Assembly (NCBI GenBank): GCA_934098745.1
Contig: CAKOPG010000008.1
Location: forward strand, 6,897 to 70,896
DNA: 64,000 nucleotides
Direction: 5' to 3'
From: an uncultured Bacilli bacterium
Lineage (GTDB): Bacteria; Bacillota_I; Bacilli_A; RF39; UBA660
Below are positions 61,546 through 64,000 of this stretch, one piece after another. The stretch's first letter is position 1; each line of letters opens with the position of its first letter. A model generated the notes under the pieces. The model saw nothing but the letters and a program-made list of their open reading frames with translations, had not been told where the DNA came from and searched no databases. Both the position numbers and the translations under genes were made by a program.

Positions 61546-63360
61546 TTAAGCGAAGCACGCCACCGCACGGAAACCTTCGTTCACGTACGCAGCGCCGTTA
61601 GTGCCGCTGAAGTAGAAGACACCGGCATTGGCACCATTGTAACAGTAACCACCACGACCGAACCACGGGCTCGTGGCAGAAACAAAGTACGTGTAATCTC
61701 CATACCAGCTACTTGTTTCTGATAGACTTCGTCCATAACAATAGCCTCCACTACATGCCGTTAAAGCACTAATGGTTGTGCCACTACTTGCTTTGTATAC
61801 TTCATAATACTTAGATTCCGGAAAAGCTATTCCATCGGTTTTGGAAGTACCATTAGTTCCTAGTAAGCCATTAAAACCTGAATTTAATGAAGTAGAAAGA
61901 CCACTCCATAAGGTACCATCGGAATTAGCAAACACTCCCATCACTCTTTCCCATGCTCCACCAGACATATCAAAGATTCCTGATATATTACCAGTGGTAC
62001 TTTGCGGATATATTGAAGATGAACCATAAGTTATTCCGCATGTTGCACTATTACTAGCATTGACCGTACTGGCTCCACACCCGGTAAGTGTTTTTCTACT
62101 ATTCCAGTAATTATTAATTCTTACTTCGCTGTTTATCCCATACTTAGAGTGCGACAGATAAGCTACTGCTCCCCACTCATTATTCTTCATCATATGAGAA
62201 TTAGTAGTTGTGGTTAATCCATATGTATTACTACCAGAGAATGTTGTAGTTCCATTACTAAGTGTTCCCCCAGCAAATTTTAAACCTACAATAAAAGCTG
62301 TTGATATATTTTGATCAGTTAATGATGCCACATTAGGCTTTATCGTCGGAGTCGTCGCATTTCCGGTAGTTTCAAATTTGCCTACCCAAATACCATTTAA
62401 TTCCGTATCCCCAAATGTAAATGCCGGATGTGTTAAATACTCTCCAATTTGTGTTCCTATTGACTTTGTCGTATCTTTATCTTCAAAAACAATCTCTATC
62501 TCTTGTTCTTGTCCCTGTGCACTAGTACCTACAGTCCATATTTTATACTTATATCTCGGTATCCAGACATAATATGTCAAGATACTATCTTCTGGTATTG
62601 TCACCCCTGTTGTATTTAGATAACTACTCCTTGACGATTCTGTTACCAGTACGGCATTCGCCCATTGTTGTTCATCATAATTATACCACGATGCATCACT
62701 ACTAGATATTGTTGTTACTGTTCCATTATCAGCTATTGTTACCGGAATCATGCCACTATCTAATTCTGGAGCACTAGGTTTAACCGGTGCTTGATCTATA
62801 CAACTACCCCCAAGAGATAGGCTAAAAGTTTGATTCATCGTATCACTCGATGTTTCTTCTTTATCTAACCATATCCATAAATAATATGTATCTGTTGTTG
62901 TACTAGAATATTCTTTTGAACTTAATAATCTTACTCTATTATTTGTTGCTTTTCCGGTAAATGTTCCTGATGATACCGGATTATCACAACTATCAGCACT
63001 TGTTGTTAAAGCATATCTAAAATTATTACTGTTAGTTAAACCGGTTCCTATACTATTTATCGTTAACCATAAATCCATATAAATAGTCTTACCACTCTTA
63101 GTAATTGTTGGTGTTACTTTTACTTCTCTCTTTATAGCATACTTACTATTTGTACATTCACATGGTGCTAAAGTTATATCATTAGACGTTATATTACCGC
63201 CACCATCAGCTGCACAACTAAAATCACCCGTTACTGTAAATACCACATTAGTTTTCTCATTTTCAGATGTTTGCCATGTAAAATATGCAAAAGTACTACC
63301 TACAATTACAAATATTAATGATAATACCACTAAAATAATAGACACTCTTTTATTCTTCAT
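61546..63360 (-). CDS. secreted protein with a TasA/SipW-type signal peptide and an FGE/C-type-lectin-like C-terminal region; candidate DGR target
   Basis: 604 aa. N-terminal MKNKRVSIILVVLSLIFVIVGSTFAYFT resembles SipW-cognate signal peptides. C-terminal ...WFGRGGYCYNG...NEGFRAVACFA fits the RGG...GFR end of FGE/CLec-fold domains. Confidence 0.75.
   Translation of the reverse strand: MKNKRVSIILVVLSLIFVIVGSTFAYFTWQTSENEKTNVVFTVTGDFSCAADGGGNITSNDITLAPCECTNSKYAIKREVKVTPTITKSGKTIYMDLWLTINSIGTGLTNSNNFRYALTTSADSCDNPVSSGTFTGKATNNRVRLLSSKEYSSTTTDTYYLWIWLDKEETSSDTMNQTFSLSLGGSCIDQAPVKPSAPELDSGMIPVTIADNGTVTTISSSDASWYNYDEQQWANAVLVTESSRSSYLNTTGVTIPEDSILTYYVWIPRYKYKIWTVGTSAQGQEQEIEIVFEDKDTTKSIGTQIGEYLTHPAFTFGDTELNGIWVGKFETTGNATTPTIKPNVASLTDQNISTAFIVGLKFAGGTLSNGTTTFSGSNTYGLTTTTNSHMMKNNEWGAVAYLSHSKYGINSEVRINNYWNSRKTLTGCGASTVNASNSATCGITYGSSSIYPQSTTGNISGIFDMSGGAWERVMGVFANSDGTLWSGLSTSLNSGFNGLLGTNGTSKTDGIAFPESKYYEVYKASSGTTISALTACSGGYCYGRSLSETSSWYGDYTYFVSATSPWFGRGGYCYNGANAGVFYFSGTNGAAYVNEGFRAVACFA
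61549..61695 (-). other. candidate DGR variable region (VR)
   Basis: These are the last 49 sense codons of the gene. G+C is 77/130 in 61551..61680. Only one codon (GAA) ends in A. Most codons are NNC/NNT, in sharp contrast with the upstream codons of the same gene. Confidence 0.55.
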
Positions 63361-63379
63361 AATTACCTACTTTCTATAT

Positions 63380-63402
63380 CCCTAAGTATAATACTTAAGG
63401 AC
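63380..63402. repeat. left inverted repeat (IRL) of the candidate invertible promoter element
   Basis: ccctaagtataatacttaaggac is the perfect 23/23 reverse complement of 63550..63572. It lies 20 nt upstream of the start codon at 63360. Confidence 0.85.
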
Positions 63403-63491
63403 CCTTTTGTATGCATATGAATATCTTACATTATAAGGCTTTAAGACACATTTTAAAGAATATAAAAGTAGATAAAAAGTTAAATTTTGTA

Positions 63492-63520
63492 TTTACAGAA
63501 AATAAGTGTTATGCTATAAT
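63492..63520 (+). promoter_or_regulatory. near-consensus sigma-A promoter inside the IR-bounded segment, currently facing away from the gene
   Basis: TTTACA (63492..63497), 17-nt spacer ending in TGc, TATAAT (63515..63520). Confidence 0.65.
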
Positions 63521-63549
63521 TTATATAGGTTAAATAAAGATAGAGGTGT

Positions 63550-63572
63550 GTCCTTAAGTATTATACTTAGGG
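63550..63572. repeat. right inverted repeat (IRR); on the plus strand it also forms a hairpin plus T-run
   Basis: gtccttaagtattatacttaggg is internally palindromic (about 10-bp stem, 3-nt loop). It is followed by caTTTTTT, so it acts as a terminator for the promoter in its present orientation. Confidence 0.8.
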
Positions 63573-63579
63573 GCATTTT

Positions 63580-63616
63580 TTATCTTACGTCAGTTCCTCT
63601 GGGATAAATAAAAAAG
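63580..63616 (+). repeat. copy D of the conserved ~30-bp intergenic motif
   Basis: ttatcttacgtcagttcctctgggataaataaaaaag differs from copy A (43021..43057) at 2 of 37 positions (35/37 identical). Confidence 0.7.
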
Positions 63617-63654
63617 CTAATACCTAAAGTATTAACTTTATATATATAGTTTTA

Positions 63655-64000
63655 TTAAAAATCTTGTCTATCTCTTATAAATGGAGGAATATCTAAATCA
63701 TTATCATTATAATCATCATCTTTATACATATCATTCTTATTCGTAGAATTAAAACTATGATAAAGTGGTTCTGATGGTTCCTCAAATCCTGTAGCAATAA
63801 CTGTTACAATTACTTCATCAGTTAAATTCTCATTAATAACTGCTCCAAAAATAGTATTTATATCAGTATTTGCTGCTGTTCTAATAACTTCAGCGGCTTC
63901 TTCTACCTCAAATAATGTAAGTGAAGATCCTCCTGTTACATTGATAATCGCATCCGTAGCCCCGTTAATTGAAGTCTCTAATAATGGTGATGATACCGCT
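63655..64000 (-). CDS. ftsZ: cell division protein FtsZ, C-terminal part (5' part outside window)
   Basis: The minus-strand translation reads ...AVSSPLLETSINGATDAIINVTGGSSLTLFEVEEAAEVIRTAANTDINTIFGAVINENLTDEVIVTVIATGF...DIPPFIRDRQDF*, ending in the conserved C-terminal peptide. Terminator ctaatac-tttag-gtattag plus T-run follows on the minus strand. Confidence 0.95.
   Translation of the reverse strand, partial: AVSSPLLETSINGATDAIINVTGGSSLTLFEVEEAAEVIRTAANTDINTIFGAVINENLTDEVIVTVIATGFEEPSEPLYHSFNSTNKNDMYKDDDYNDNDLDIPPFIRDRQDF

Noticed and set aside
856-62572. About 30 short ORFs (60-98 aa) in the supplied track that lie antisense to or inside long, well-supported genes. Examples: 856..1059, 4193..4387, 4885..5195, 5292..5620, 16704..17000, 24218..25243, 32363..32593, 48529..48786, 50020..50268, 54428..54631, 56493..56690, 58312..58497, 60402..60638, 61841..62029, 62378..62572.
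   Set aside because: They fully overlap conserved CDSs on the other strand or frame, lack RBSs, and have low-complexity or odd composition. They are the expected by-product of AT-rich sequence with few stops in some frames.

Overview
Very AT-rich (high-20s % G+C by eye) chromosome segment from a spore-forming low-GC Gram-positive bacterium (Clostridia/Erysipelotrichia-like). The code is standard, with TGA used as a stop. All calls rest on motif recognition by eye; no database search was possible.

Layout:
- 0-12.6 kb: housekeeping and sporulation genes. These are a xerD-like 3' end, a phosphohexomutase, a candidate 6S RNA next to tcdA, an ankyrin-Clp AAA+ protein, the rpsT-gpr-spoIIP block, zupT, spoIVB, and DUF1292 plus a PP2C phosphatase.
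- 12.8-28.4 kb: one co-directional surface-polysaccharide locus. It holds a PglF/E/C/D-type bacillosamine module, several glycosyltransferases, a frameshifted O-acetyltransferase, an FrhB-like Fe-S protein with a pyruvyl transferase, Wzx, a Wzy-like polymerase and VanZ.
- 28.7-33.5 kb: accessory genes. These are a 624-aa beta-rich protein, a transglutaminase-like protein, a flavodoxin and a BclA-like collagen protein.
- 33.7-48.3 kb: CpsC/CpsD/CpsB/LCP regulators, three tandem paralogues of unknown function, radical SAM plus tsaC, spoIIM, mnmA, prsW, an XRE regulator and a GT39-like membrane protein.
- 48.3-53.35 kb: a minimal type II CRISPR-Cas locus. It has cas9 (1389 aa, RuvC/HNH motifs intact), a divergent tracrRNA upstream and a decaying 8-repeat array directly downstream. 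There is no cas1/cas2/csn2, and about 1 kb of ORF-free AT-rich DNA follows.
- 54.4-64 kb: DUF1540, a P-type ATPase operon, an M23 peptidase, an amidoligase, DUF1287, a 604-aa secreted protein and the 3' end of ftsZ.

Most interesting: the secreted protein gene 61546..63360 carries two separate variation signatures.
- Its last 147 bp are an A-depleted, roughly 59% G+C cassette of NNC/NNT codons encoding an ...RGG...GFR... tail. This is the signature of a diversity-generating retroelement (DGR) variable region. No template repeat or reverse transcriptase lies in the window.
- Its upstream region is a consensus promoter bracketed by perfect 23-bp inverted repeats. This is a candidate invertible switch, currently facing away from the gene.
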